The notes: generated by a model from the letters alone, not told the origin. A DNA stretch of 64,000 bases from the human T2T-CHM13v2.0 reference genome, Homo sapiens (GCF_009914755.1 NC_060935.1); one strand, 5' to 3'. Numbered from the stretch's first letter, positions 1-16,569 are shown. A program made the numbers and translations.

Positions 1-807
1 GCTGTGGAAATAAAGTGTGGCGAGGAAGCAGGGCTGTGGGCAGGGAGGACCTGGCCTGTGTTCCTGTGAGGCTGGGGTCATTTGTGAATATAGATAATGG
101 ACCAGAGAGTTCCGAAGGTAGCAGGCCCATGGAGGCACCTGGGTCAGCAGAGCTTGTCAGGACCAGGGTATGGTGGGTTTGGGAGGAAAATAGAGGCACC
201 CCTCTCAGTTCTTCATACTTCCCATGGCTCCATGGGAAAGAGCATGGGGGTTAGAGGAGGGGCAGGAACCAGAGAGCCAGCCGGCAGCCACTGGGCCAAG
301 CAGTGGGCCCCTGGACCTGAAGGAGGGGCTAGGGGACAGACAGATGGCAGGGTAAAAGAAGGCCAGGCTGCCCGTATCTGTGGGAGTCCTGGGCAATGAG
401 GGGGCCAAGGTAGGATTGAATCCCCCAGGAACCATACATATCACCTCTGTGGAGCCCAGCACATCACAGACGCTGCTAAGGGCAGACAGAACCAGAGTAA
501 GGCCAAGAAGCCCTTTCCCCTGCAGAGTGTAGTCAGGCCAGCAGGAGATCTCACCAGACTGCTTCTCCACCCCCAGGTGCTAGTGGCCAGAAAAGAGAGC
601 AGAGTGTGTAACTGGCATGCCATTCCCCATTCCACAGCAAGCCCTTCAAGCACAATTCTAGCCTGGCTGGGGTAGGAGGATTGCCATTAATTGGATAGGA
701 GATTGAAGTTTTAAACTAGACTGATCTGAGTTGTAATAATTGAACAAGACCAATAATTGAACTTCAATTAAATAATTGAAGTTATTTAAAAGAAAAACCT
801 CTATCTA

Positions 808-1195
<388 letters not shown>

Positions 1196-1239
1196 TCAAG
1201 TAAAAATTCCTCAACAACCACTTGCAGTAACACAATGGC

Positions 1240-1520
1240 CACTGCCCTCCCATCTCTACTGGAGTGCCTCCAGGAAGCTGAGAAAAGAGCAACTGAACCA
1301 GAGTGCCTGCGAAAGTCCTGAGACTTACTCTGATCGGATCATCTTGGGTCACACGCCATGCCTGACCCAATCACTGTGGCTGAAGGATGGATGCACGGAT
1401 TGTTCAAGCCTAGGTCATGTTTTCCCCGCTGGAGTTGGCTTCCCTGGAACCGGAGTGATCCCAAAAGAAATGTGAGAACTGCAGGGAAGACAGAAGGAGG
1501 ATGAATGTGGGGGAAATACT
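1240..1520 (-). mobile_element. MaLR LTR fragment (MLT1-like)
   Basis: gggtcacacgccatgcctgacccaatcactgtggc...gcctaggtcatg resembles antisense old MLT1 LTRs. Confidence 0.55.
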
Positions 1521-1944
1521 GAATTGAGGATTTACCCCATTCTCTCACATGAGAGCATAAAGTTTCTGCCTCAGGAAGAGAGTGGGACTAAAACTAAAAT
1601 TTCAGGTGTTCTATAATTCTTAGAATAATAGCCACTGATATACTTAAAGACTGTGTTAAATAAATGGTTCATACAGAGTAACAGGGCAGAATTAAAATCC
1701 TCCAGTAAGAAAAGGGAGCGAGGGAGAGAGAGGAGATAGCAGAGAGTCCCTAAAGGGTGTCCAGGGCCTGACGACTGGGTGGGGCATCAAGATGGAAGGA
1801 GAACAGGGCTGAGCTGCTTCCGGAGAAAGCACATGTCTGATGGGAATTTTGTGAGGTGAAATTGTGAAAGTGATAGTGAAGGAAGCCACTAAAAAAAGCC
1901 TTCTCTTCTATTTCCCATAGGAAGCCATCAGTTAAAAAGTCAGT

Positions 1945-2146
1945 CTCTTCTGTCACAGACCACAGTGAGGAGACATGATGACTAAATGCAATGTGGTACC
2001 CTGAATTGGATCTTGGAACAGAAAGAGGACAAAATGGGTGAAATCCAATTAAAGTGTGGAGTTTAGTTAATACTAATGTACTACTGTTTCTTAGTTGTAA
2101 CAAACGTAGCATAGTAATTTAAGAGGTTAACTGGGTGAGAGGTATA
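1945..2146 (+). mobile_element. Old L1 (L1MC/MD-like) 3' fragment
   Basis: gagacatgatgactaaatgcaatgtggtaccctgaattggatcttggaacagaaagaggaca is typical L1M 3' UTR sequence. Confidence 0.75.
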
Positions 2147-2299
2147 ATTGTATAAGATGACTCAGTCCCCTTTCCCTGGGAGCACTCGGGCTGGGGAGTA
2201 TGCTGACTGCCATGCACAATGTGGCCATCTAGTCTATGAGAAACAGGGCCCAAGACTGAAGGTCTCCAGAGAAGGCCCCTAGCCTTTGCAACTTTTCTA

Positions 2300-2686
<387 letters not shown>

Positions 2687-3159
2687 TTACAGTGTAGATT
2701 CACTTTTACTGCATGAAAGAGCACCACACCTGGGATGTTATATCTATAAATGAACACTCATCTGCCTCTAGGTACCCTGGCATCACTGCTATAGTACAGG
2801 GGCAGTGGAAAGAGCCAGTCTCGACTGTAACTTCTCTAGGATCCTGAGAACTGGGGGTGAGTGCCTGTGATAGCCTGTGATGCACTTAGCAGGTGGTGCA
2901 GCACATAACAGATCCCCAGTGGAGGTCAGTGGTCTTCAATCCGCCCCTATCTGGACACCTTATAATGTGCCTGCCTCCTCCTCTGGGTCTCCCACATTCC
3001 CAGGCTACTCTTCCCTGTGCCTGGGTGGTGAGGTGAGTTGCTCAGCTGCTTAATGGAGCTTTTCTACAGGGCTGAGAACCCCAGCGCTGAGGCTCCTGCA
3101 TCTTGGTGCAGGTTGGCTGTGCCTTACTACCTGCCATCTGTGTGGACAACTGAGATGAC

Positions 3160-3270
3160 TTTGTGCTGGGTTCTGAGCTGACTCATTTTATTTAATCCTT
3201 ACATCCACCTGGAAGGGTAGGAATCACTATCTCCATTTTACAGGTGGAGAAACTGAGGCTGCCAAGGCTG
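3160..3270 (-). mobile_element. MIR
   Basis: MIR core in reverse: ccattttacaggtggagaaactgaggc. Confidence 0.8.
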
Positions 3271-5326
3271 GTATTTGCTTTCTGTCAGAGCAACCTCCTG
3301 AGACAGATAAGATGAACAGCACCAATAACTCTGGGGCTAGGTGGGCTGATAAGTAGAAAAAACTGGGATTATTGGAGAACTTGGAGAGGAAAGGTCACTT
3401 TTGTGTCCCACAGTCAGTGGACTTTGGAGTCAGGAGGGTTTCCGGGGAGAAGGGGATGAAGAAAGCACCCCCAGCAGTAGGAAATAGTGAGAGGCCTCGC
3501 ACTGAAATGGAACACCTAGAAACCCAGCCGTTCACAGGAAGCCTGTCTAGGTGGCCTGGGGCCCAGGATCCATGCAGAGAGTGGGATGGGACCATAAAAC
3601 AAGCAAAAGAATCAGGGATTGTTGGGATGCCATGGGCTATTTCCATCCCACTCCATAGGCCCTACTCCCCCTCAGGAGCTGCCCCTAGGCTAATATTAGC
3701 ATTCCATCCTTCAGAACTAAGGTCTACCCACTCTAAGGCCTCTTTGTTTCTGTTGGAAGGAGGTCCCTTGCTAGGGCCTTTATGGGTCCGTGCTGGGAAG
3801 ACTCAAAACAGGGCATAGATGGGAGTAGCTTTTATGCATCTATTTTGTGCCAAGCCCTAAATGGGCCCTGGGGCTCAGGATGACCCAGTCCCTTTCCCTA
3901 AGTGCATTCAAGCTGGGGAGTATGCTGACCACCATGCATGATGTGGTGACCTAGTCCATTATAAACAGGGTCCAAACTAGTGGTGCCCAGAGGAGACCCC
4001 TATCCTCTAGGGATACTCCTTGGCAAGACCTCCCTAGCCTCCTCCCACTGCTTCCTGGTGGGCAGGGCAGCCAACAGCAGTCCCAGTGGGGAGGAGAACT
4101 CTGAGTTCCACCCCTGGCTGCCTCTCTAGGAGAATCAGATCCAGGATGGGGCGGGCCCCTGCCAGGTCTGGCAGGGTGAACTGGGCCTTTCCACCCTGGA
4201 AGCCCTCTTCCGGCTAGAGGGCAGTATCTGGGCACAGCCCCACAGTGACGCTGCTCACAGGCCTCACTGCCAGTGGGTATGATGCCATGCACCACCCTAG
4301 GTGACCTTTGCAGCCCACGTAATGGGTGTGATGCTGTGAACCTGCCATCTGCCAGCTGTCCAGGAGCAGACCAACCCAGGAGGGCCTTATCTCCTGGGCT
4401 CGAGCTCAGGACGCCCAAGCGCAGGACTATCTTAATCTTAAGTGCCCTGGAGACCTCTCCATGTATGTGCACTGCACGGAAGTCCTCTGGCCCTCCAGCT
4501 CAACCTGCTCCATGCATTTCCACAGAACTTCAAGGAAAGGGAAGCCTCTGTGGTGGTGGGAAGGCAGGCGGTGCACGTTTAGATGTGGGCCATTATGTGG
4601 GGACCTTGCTTCAGGCAAGCACTCTTTCTGTTCTTGTGAAATGAGTCAGAAGGGGTCAAGGTGATTCCCTGTCAGAGGAAACCCCACGATTTCAGGAAAG
4701 AAAGGCTTAGAGACACTCCGAGGCTGAGTGGGGGATGGAATCACGGTCTCGGATAAGATGTGGAAGGAAAGACCATGAGGTTGGAGACAGAGTGGATTCC
4801 GCCCTGGAGAATGTAGAACCTGTGATTGTGCTGTAGGTGCATGGATGGATGGGAGTCCAGAAACAGGGGCCTGACTAGGCCTACCTGACCCCATGAGAAG
4901 CACTAGATTCTGGATAATCAGAACCAAAGGGGCTACAGAGCCCACAGCATCCAATCCAGTACACTGATGGGAAAACCAAGGTCTAGAGGAGAAGGGGATA
5001 TGTTTTAGGTCACCCAGTGTGTCAGGGGTAGGGGTCCTGCCTTCCAGGCCAGATCATTTACCAACCATGTTCAGGTAAGTAAAACCCAGCCAGACAGTAC
5101 CCTATGTAGGGCTTGTGAAAGGGAAGGGCACCTAGAGAGACTATCTGGTACCCCTGCCTTATTTCTCAGCTAATGAAACAAGCATCAGAGAGGGGCAGGG
5201 ACTTGCGTTAGGTCACAAAGCCAGGGAGCAAAATCTTCCCAGCAGCCCCAGGTGTCCTGACCCCCGCCCAGTCCAGGACTTCTCACTGCATCACTGTCTC
5301 CCAAAAAGAGGAAAGAGCAAGGAGAA

Positions 5327-5640
5327 GGTTGGGCATGGTGGCTCACACCTGTAATCCCAGCACTTTGGGAGGCTGAGGTGGGCAGATCACCTGAGGTCAG
5401 GAGTTCAAGACCAGCCTGGCCAACATGGTGAAAAACCGTCTTTACAAAAATAGAAAAATTAGCCAGACATGATGGCAGGCGCCTGCAGTCCTAGTTACTC
5501 AGGAGACTGAGGAGGGAGAAATGCTTGAACCCGGGAGGCGGAGGTTTCAGTGAGCCGAGATCGAGCCACTGCACTCCAGCCTGGGTGACAGAGCGAGGCT
5601 CTGTCTCAAAAAAAAAAAAAAAAAAAAGAAAGGAAGAAAA
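5327..5640 (+). mobile_element. Alu (AluSx-like)
   Basis: Full dimer, polyA tail, TSD GAAAGAGCAAGGAG at 5311 and 5641. Confidence 0.96.
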
Positions 5641-5669
5641 GAAAGAGCAAGGAGCAAGGAGAAAGGAGC

Positions 5670-5900
5670 TCACATTTACTGAGCACCTATTATGCACCAG
5701 GGCCCTGATGTGACACATCTTCCTTCTAATCCCCACAGCAGCCTTGGAGGCAGATGTTTTTGCTCATGTTTAACAAATCAGAGAAAAAGATTCAGAAGTG
5801 CGAAGCAGTTTGCCGAAGGCCGCACAGATGGTAGATGGCAATGCAGGAACTTTGGCCCAGGTCTGCCCACTTCTACAGCCTGCACTCTTGTTCTTACCCA
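5670..5900 (-). mobile_element. MIR
   Basis: acatttactgagcacctattatg...taatccccacagcagcc...cccaggtctg. Confidence 0.75.
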
Positions 5901-6619
5901 GGCTGGGTTGGGTTTAGGACCCAGGGCTGACAATGCAAGGACATGGTAGGGAGGAGGAAACCAGGAGTAAATTCCAGGCACTGCCCTTGCTCCCAATCTC
6001 CCAGTTGTCCCAGTGACAAAAATAAACAGAAGTGACCTTGGACAGCGGAGCCCTGCCTCCCACTGAAAGTTTCTTTTTTTCTCTTTCTCTCTTTCTTTCT
6101 TTTTCTCTCTCTCTCTCTTTCTTCCTTTTTTAAGTCTATTGATCCACACTCAGCAATAAAGCCACACAAAATAAACAGCTGATGGACAAAAAGCATGGCT
6201 CCTGGCTTGCTGAGTTTCTCACCTCCAAGTGGTTTCAGGCCTCAGAACCTCAGATTCTCAGATCAATTTAGAAATTTGTAGACTCTCACAGCCCTAACAT
6301 GAGGGGTGTCCCAGGCTGCTGGTCAGCCCCACCAGTGGAGGAATCCACGACTTCCCAACTGGCTCTTCTGTGGACCTTTGTTCCCCTTTCTTAGGCATGG
6401 CTTCAGAGCTGTAGGCCCTGCCCAGGTGGTGTCAGACCCAGAGCAGAGAAGAAGCAGAGCCACTCTCCTCTCAGTTGAATAGAGCAATCTCAAGGCCATG
6501 GGGCAGCTCCCTTTGTGCCTCAAGGGAGACTATGGGGATGTCACGAGAGGCTGGTCTTAGCTCAGTGTGCAAAAGGCAGTCTCAGAGCTGAAGGGGCTGC
6601 TTCTGGAGACAGGCATGAG

Positions 6620-7020
6620 GGTGTGAGAGCAGGCTTGGATGAGTCCAGAGGCTTTCTGCCTCTGCTAATGCAGCCAGACATCAAATCTACCTTTGTGCTG
6701 GCCACGTCCCACTGCATTCCTTTCATCTAAGACCTCAACCTTTTTTTTTTTGTTCCATCCAAGTGCAAAGTCTTGCATTTCTCTTTTAAATTCCATCTTG
6801 TAAATATTAGCTCTTCATCCTAGTACAGTGGCTTTACATGGTGCGGTAGAGTTTATGTGCAGAGCCTTCATGTGCATCATCTCCTTCCATGCTTAGGACA
6901 GTTTGCTGGACCTCACAGAGGTGATTGATGCAGCATCCCCCCGGGAGCCGGGTGAAATCACAGACTCCAGCAGCAGCTTCTGAGATGACTGTGAGCATTA
7001 GGCCAGCAGGACCCCATTCC
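6620..7020 (-). mobile_element. CR1/L3 LINE fragment
   Basis: ctgctaatgcagcc and caagtgcaaagtcttgcatttctcttttaaattccatc match the antisense of the CR1 RT C-terminal region. Confidence 0.6.
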
Positions 7021-8437
7021 CTGAGGAGCAATGAATACAAGCCCATGGAGCCAGAGAAGGGGAAACTGGTGCAGCCCACATGGTGTCTGGAAGGGCTTCC
7101 CAAGGGCTGCTTCAGAGGCAGCACAGAGCCTCAGGCAGGACTACAGGAGGAGCAGGAAGAGGGGAGGATGAGTCAAGTCTACCTGGATTGGTTTGGGTGG
7201 AGTCCTTCCTGAGGCAGGGTGGTGTGGGGGATGGTTGTGTAGATATTTTTGAAGCCCCCCCGCCCCAGTGTCTGTGTCCCCTTAAACAAGTATTACAATC
7301 TTCCTTCCCTCCCATGAGCAGAAGAGGAAACTAAGGCTCTGCCAGGACTAGAGCCCAGGTGTCCCAGATGGATCACCTAGCCAGGGATCTTCAGCAAACC
7401 AGGCTGGTCCAACTGTCTGTCCCGAGCTCCCTGAGTTGGCTTGAGGAGAAGACTTGCTCCCTGCCCTCTTGGAACTCCTTTCTGGTTGGAGAGCTGGGTG
7501 TTGAGTTTTGTGTAAGGTTATTTAGGCAACAGTATTCCAGAAAGGCTGATGCTGGAGATTCAGACACTGGCACCAAGCCTGTGAGCATCACTCTGGAGCT
7601 GGACCATGAGCCCATCCTATGCTCCTGCCTCTAGACCTAGGTTGGGTTGTTCAGGAGCTGGGTCTGGAAGCAGATCAGAAAGCAGGGTCCACCCCAGCCC
7701 AGGGGCTGGGCCTGTGGGTGTGTCCAAGCTAAACCTCTACACAAGGATCCATTGTGGTTGCTCAGCCTGGCCCTGGGCTCTGCCAGCCCTTCCGGCTCCC
7801 GGAAAATGTTTCCCGTCTGGCAGCTCCCAGAGCAGCCTGTCCTTGGCCAAGATGCTGACTGGCCCCACACACAGGCCTCTCCTACCCAGTGAGGATCCTG
7901 GAGTCCTGGCAGCTCAGAGCTCTTGGGTCCAGCCCCCATTTAACAGTCAGGATCCCTTAGGCTCAGGGAAGTAGGCACAGGCCACAGCAGCACATGAGAA
8001 CCAGAATCAGGACCAGAACCCGGCACTCTGGCCATTTTCTCAGCTCTCGCTACCAACATGAGGCAGAAGGATGCAGACTCGGAGAAGGGAAGGGGCTGTC
8101 CCATTACACAGTCCTTTGTGGCAGAGTCTGGAGGAAATGACTGGTGCTTAGCTGGCCGCTTGCCCACCTGGACCCCGCTCATCTGGGTTCTCTAGGTTCA
8201 GCTGTGTGGCCTCGTGAAGGTTGCTATTCCTGTCTGCATTTGGGGACTGAAGACTCCCCACTCTCAATCCATCCCTGACATCCTAAGCTTTAAAACCAGG
8301 CATAAGCGCACTGGATGGGGTGAGGAGAAGCAGCTCTGGAATTTGGGGCTTTGACAACTCCGCCCCATCTGTGTGTGCCAAGCTGTACCAGAGCCAGAGG
8401 CTTAGGGCCTGGGGCTCCCCAACCCTTACTTGGGCTG

Positions 8438-8456
8438 ACAGTGCCACCTGGTGCCC
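8438..8456 (-). promoter_or_regulatory. CTCF-like motif
   Basis: Minus strand GGGCACCAGGTGGCACTGT; one core mismatch to the CCACCAGGTGGCAC-type consensus. Confidence 0.4.
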
Positions 8457-9289
8457 AGTCGGTGTGACATGAGTCCCGCTAGAGATGCAACCACAAACCT
8501 TCGCTCTCTGTGGGACCTCTGAGCCACCCCATGCTAGGCGCTGGGGACATAGAAGAAATTGTGACCCCAGATGTGAGGGGAGAAGACCCAGAGAGAGTGA
8601 CCACTCAGGATGTGGAGGCTGTGACAGCAGAAAGCCCGGGGCCGAGGAGGGTCGCTGAGTACCACAGGGTCAAGAAAAAGAGGCATTGCCATCAATGTAA
8701 CTCTCACTGTCTTCTAGGCCAGGTCCTATGCAGGCCTGGGGACCCTCAAGGAATCAATTGTAATCTAATAGAAAAAAGTAGGGTGGGGAAGGGAGCTCAG
8801 AGCCAGGGACTTGGAACTGGGTCTTGAAGAATGATAGTAATTCATCTTGTGAGCCGTGGGCATTCCAGGCTCAGGGAACAGACTATGCGAAGGCATGGAA
8901 GAGTGAGCTTGTGTGTATAAGCTTGAGGGTGACAGGTGTGGAGAGGAGGGGGACAGCAGAAGAAGTGCCAGAATACGAGGTCTGAAAAGTCACAACCCTG
9001 GGTACCTGTGGCCGACACAGCTTGTCTGAATTTCCTCGCCCCATACCTACCTCCTTTCTTGACCTTCAATGTCTGGGCAGGTACAGAGCCCCTGCCTCAA
9101 ACTCCAACCCCATTCCCTCTGGGTCTGGTTACCTAGAGGAGGTCCTGATTCCTGAAAGCCTCCCCTCTTCCCCCAGGGCAGGAGCTAGGTCGGGCTGCCC
9201 ACAGGCTGATCTGAGGGGACACAAACCTATGACTTCCCTGGCCTCCAAGAAGCCCAGGCCCAGCCCTTAGATTGGAGAAGGATCTTTAA

Positions 9290-9395
9290 GCAGTTATTTA
9301 ACTCTAGACTCAGGTTCCTCAACTGATGGGGATAATAATGGTACCTGACTCATGGGATGTGGTGAGGATTAAATGAGAAAATGCATAGAAAGCCA
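9290..9395 (+). mobile_element. MIR
   Basis: tggggataataatggtacctgactcatgggatgtggtgaggattaaatgag. Confidence 0.75.
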
Positions 9396-9561
9396 CTTAT
9401 TTGCACCTTGCTGGCATGGGTTGAGGCCAGGTAAAGGGGCTCCTCCCCATTGCCAATCCCCCCGGCATATTTCCTTCTAGGGGGAAGCTTGAGGGCTCCA
9501 GATTTTGGCCCCACCTGGGCTGCCTACCCCCCAACTTCAGGCTTCTTTCTACATTTCCTGA

Positions 9562-9913
<352 letters not shown>

Positions 9914-10065
9914 TCCCTCTGATTTTTTAAAAAATAAAATGTTCAAATACAAAGGAAAAAAGTATACAATAAGCAAATGAGCACCCATACGTTCTTCTAG
10001 ACTCAACGATTAATGTTTTGCCTTATTTCATTCATTGCTTTGTCATTTTTTAAAATTTGAACTAG

Positions 10066-10351
<286 letters not shown>

Positions 10352-10635
10352 TTGAACCCATTTGAAAGCAGTCACAGGTACCATGACACTGAATGACCCC
10401 CAACACCTTGGTGTGCAGCTCCAAAGATTTTTCATACATAACCACAATCATAATAGTAAGAAAAGCAATAATTCCATACTATCATCTAATATCCAGCCCA
10501 TATTCCTATATCTCCCAACTTTCCCAAAATGGATTTTACAGCTATTTTGGGGAGTTTGGGGGAGTATGGAGGAGGAATTCAAGATCCAGTCAATGTTCTT
10601 TCATTGCATTTGGTTCTTGGTATCCTTGTTCTTTT
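10352..10635 (-). mobile_element. Old L1 (L1MC4/ME-like) 3' fragment
   Basis: catacataaccacaat...atcatctaatatccagcccatattc...cattgcatttggtt. Confidence 0.65.
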
Positions 10636-10639
10636 TATT

Positions 10640-10805
10640 CTATTTATTTATTTATTTCTTTTGAGACAGGGTTCTGCTCTGTCAGGCTGGAGGGCAGTGG
10701 CATGGTCACCATTCACTGCAGCCTTGACCTCCTGGGCTCAAGTGATCCATCTGCCTCGACCTTCCTAAGTGCTGGGATTACAGGTGTGAGCCACAGCCCC
10801 CAGCC
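10640..10805 (-). mobile_element. Alu monomer (FRAM/FAM-like or recombined AluJ)
   Basis: Single ~150 bp reverse Alu arm with (TTTA)n tail. Confidence 0.85.
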
Positions 10806-10807
10806 TA

Positions 10808-12560
<1,753 letters not shown>

Positions 12561-14299
12561 GTTTTATTGTTTAGTGTTCTCTCCTTCCAATTTTTGGTTC
12601 CCATTGTGTGTATGGTTTTATATCTTGCTTTTTTTCCCAAAAAAACTTTAAAAAATTTAAATCCATGGAAAAATTGAAAGATTAGTATCATGAACAATGG
12701 CATACTTTTTGCCTACAAGCATCAATTGTTAATACCTTGCTACATTTGCTATATCTCCCTGGATACCTTTAAGTTGCAGGATTTTGTAACACTGACTTTT
12801 TGCAAGGTCTAGGAAACCCATCCTGAAAATGTTCTTTAAAAAACATCAACAGCAGCCTGTGCCATTTTCTGCGATAACAAAGGTCGTACTTGCCCAGTGT
12901 AGAGGACTGGGAAAAAACAGAGCAGCAAAAGAAGAAAATAAAACTGTTCCCTCCCCCTATTCCAACCCCATGATACCAGGAAAGCCACTTACCTGAGAGG
13001 TGGGTAGGAAGGACACACAGAGCTCAGATACCACCTGAAATTTGGGGTGCAAATCCCTGACTCCCATGGCAGCCCCCTATCCTGGGATCACTTTCTGCAG
13101 AAGAGCCCTCTGCTGGGAAGCTGAGGCCAGGATCTCCGCAGCCGACCTTGAGCCTGCTCCACCCTCTCTGGGCTTAGCTGGTAAAGTAGATAACAAGGTG
13201 GCTTGGCTTCTGTCCCAGGACACTATTTGTATCTTTACCGTGGTTACTTCTTATTGTGAACAGGCTGGGCACCCCTGTCTCCAGCACCCCACCTCCAAGC
13301 AGGCCTATCCCAGCTGCTTTTGCCTGGAATAGCTCCTCCTTTACCAGCCTCCATCCTTCAAAGCCCAGCTCAGGGTTGCTCCCCACCAAACCTCCCTTGA
13401 CATCACCCCACCATTAGAGTTAGCTTGTCTCTCCCTGTATCCTTGCAGCAAATCACTCATCTGTTGTGGGAGAGGCCTGTGCTGGAACTGCTGTACACTC
13501 CTATCTCACTCAAGCCTCATAACAACCCTCAAGAGAGGTTATCAGGGCCATTTTGAAGGTAAGAAGACTCATCCTCAATGCATAGGGCTAGGTCAGTCAC
13601 CTCAAGTTAGGGCAGAGCTAGGTTCACTCAGACCCCTGTCTCTGCCTTTAGAGACGTTGATGCCCTTGTTGCAACCCCAGTGGCTTGTGTGCACAGAGAT
13701 CAGGGCTGCGTCTGATGTATCTGGGCCCTGGATGCCCCCGTCTCCTACCCATCTCTCCTCTTGTTTCAGATGCAGCCAGCTGTAGGGTTGCCTTTTCCAA
13801 TGCAGCCTTCCCTCACTCCCACTGAGAGTAACTGCTCCTTTTCTGCACATCCTCATGCCCCAGAATCAATGGCCTGACTCTTCTGCTTCTCCAACCATAC
13901 TCAGACATCCTCCTCCAAGTGCCCAGGCCGTGGTCCTGCACATGGATCCTTAATCAGCTTTGTTCAATGTATTTTAATATTTATTTTAATTTGCTTGCAT
14001 TATCTCTCTTTCTATTAATATTCATTATTTTTCTTTACCTTCTTTTATAATGTTGGTTTTTTATCCCATTGATACATGTCCAAATTGTAAAAAATTTAGG
14101 AAAGAATAAAAATCACCCCAAATTGTTATAGATAATCATATTAACATTTTGGTAGATTATTATTATTTGGGTCTGGTTTCTGTAGATGTATGCATTTTAC
14201 AGAGTTGAGATTACATTGTATGAATAGTTCTAAAGACTGCTTTTAAAAATCTAACATTATACCATGGATATTTTCCCCATGTCATTAAAAAGTACATGT

Positions 14300-15030
14300 G
14301 CCACACCCACTGGGAAGGCTCTGATAAAGAAGACAGATAATAACAAAATGTGGCGAATCGGAACCTTCATACAATGCTGGTGGGAATGTAACATGGTACA
14401 GCCCCTTTGGAAAACAGTTTGGAGGTCCCTCAAATAGGTAAGCATAGGGTTACCATAAGACCCAGAAGTTTCACTGCTAGGTATATATTCAAGAGAAATA
14501 AAAACATGTGTCCACACACAAAACTTGTACAGAATGTTCATAGCAGCATTATTTATAATAGCTTAAAAAATTGAAACAACATAAATGTCCACCAATGAAT
14601 GAATGGATCAATGAAATGTGATATATCCACACAATGGAATATGATTCAGTCACAAAAAGGAATGAAGTACTGATACATACTACAACATAGATGGACCTTA
14701 AAAACATTATGCTAAATCAAAGAAGCCAGACGCAGAAGATCACATATTGTATGACTCCACTCATACAAAATATCTAGAATAGACAAATCTATAGAGACAG
14801 AAAGTAAATGTATAGGCTGGGGGGTGGGGAGGTCTGGGGAGAAATGAAGAGTGTCAGCTAATGGGCATGGAGTTTTGTTAGGGGGAGATGAAAATGTTAT
14901 AAAATTGACTGTGCTGGTTCAAAACTTTGTGTATATACTGAAAGCCATTGAATTGTATACTTTAAATGGGTGAATTGTATGATATATAAATTACATATCA
15001 ATAAAGCTGTCATAAATAATTAAAAACAAA
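14300..15030 (+). mobile_element. L1MB-like 3' end
   Basis: tgctggtgggaatgtaacatggtacagcc...ggaaaacagtttgg...atctatagagacagaaagta...tcaataaagctg. Confidence 0.9.
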
Positions 15031-16569
15031 AGACAGTAGCATTTTTAATGTCTGTAGACATTATTCCTTTGCACAGCTGCATCATAATTTATTTAGATTT
15101 ATATTGCTAGACCTTTATGTTTTCTATTAATTCTTTCATTTCAAAATATTTCAAACACACATGAAAATGAATCGAACGGTGTAATGAACCCCTGTGCCCG
15201 TGACCCACTTCGACAATTACCAACACAGTTTCTGCTTTTACACACATTGATTCGATGAACATTTTGTTTGTCTTTGTCCACATTCCACACTGTTTCCTTT
15301 CATTTATGCTGAATTCAATTCCACTCAAACCACTTCCTCAAACCCTCACAATGCCCTCCCAGCATGCCTAGTGATATGATGGATCCGACCTTGCCCTACC
15401 CGGTCTGGTGGGGGCTACCGGTCTGGTGGGGGAGGTGGATACTGGATTGGAGTGATCGGTAGGGATGGAGGGTGTGTAAGTGGAGAGAGCCCTCACCCTA
15501 TTACCCAGGAAGGGCACTTCACACTGGACTCACCCCACCCAGAGATGCCCATCCACCTCTGCCCAGCCCTGCCTTTCTCCCCTGCTGCCACACGGAGGCG
15601 ACAGAGCAACCCTTCCACAGCTGCCTCTGGACGTTCTCCCATCAGCAACGTGGATGGGTGGCTGAGGTGGGATCTGTGCCTTCTGCAGATGATCCCGGCC
15701 TGGTGATGGCCCTCTTTTGGGCTGAGACTCCTCACGCGGAAGATGATGGAGGTGGATGTTGTGAGTCCTCTGGTCCTCCAGCACTTCAATCCAGCCTCCC
15801 ACGGCAAGCCAGTTCTCGGCAACTGTGTGCCTGGGGTTCCACTCCCAGCACCTGCTTCTGGATGGCCTGGGGGATCCACCTGGGTGCCCCTCCACTCCGG
15901 GTCCCAGGGGAGACTGACACCCACCCAGGCAACCACCTGCTTGTTACAGAGCCCTGCAGGAGGCAGCTCACCACCCACGAGGAGGGACTTAGGCAGCGGA
16001 CTTGCTGAGGGGTAAGGGTCTGCCCCATGATGCCTCACAGCTCCACCTTCTGGGAGCCACCCACGTGTGGGCAGCCTCAGGGGACTCCAGCTCCAGGAGC
16101 AAGATCGGGTTGTGGATGGAGGAAGGGTAAGTGAGTCACTGGGCACTTCCGAAGGCCCAGCCTAAACGATGTCCGGCCCGGCCCAGAGGAGATCTGGTCT
16201 CCAGTGGGCATGGCCTGCAGGACCGTGAGGGCTGATGTGTCTGGCATAGCTGAGGGCTGAGTCAAGGGACAGGGTGTTTGCTTTCCTGAGAGGACTTCTC
16301 CGGAGTTGGGGCATCTCCAGCCTTGCAGCTTCTCCTGTCTCTGCCAAGGGAAAGGTGGTGGGCCAGTCTCTGAGCTCTGTTCAAATGTCCGTCCCTCCCT
16401 GGGTGCTCCCTCAGCTGCAACCCACTCCACGCTCCATGCCTTTTCACCACTTGTCCCCAGCCCTCCCCAGGATGCCTCCTTTAATCCAGTGAGCTGGCTG
16501 CTACCAGTCAGGGCACAAGTCACTCCCAAGCAGTTCAGTCCCTAGGGGAAGGAAGGGCCAGCTCACACA

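Noticed and set aside
15493-16146. 217-aa minus ORF and 178-aa plus ORF; faint CGQPQ...RVVDG resemblance to a trypsin-like protease activation site near 16066-16120
   Set aside because: Non-ATG starts; the resemblance needs a frameshift and no WPWQ, CGGSL, TAAHC or GDSGG motifs follow; judged chance
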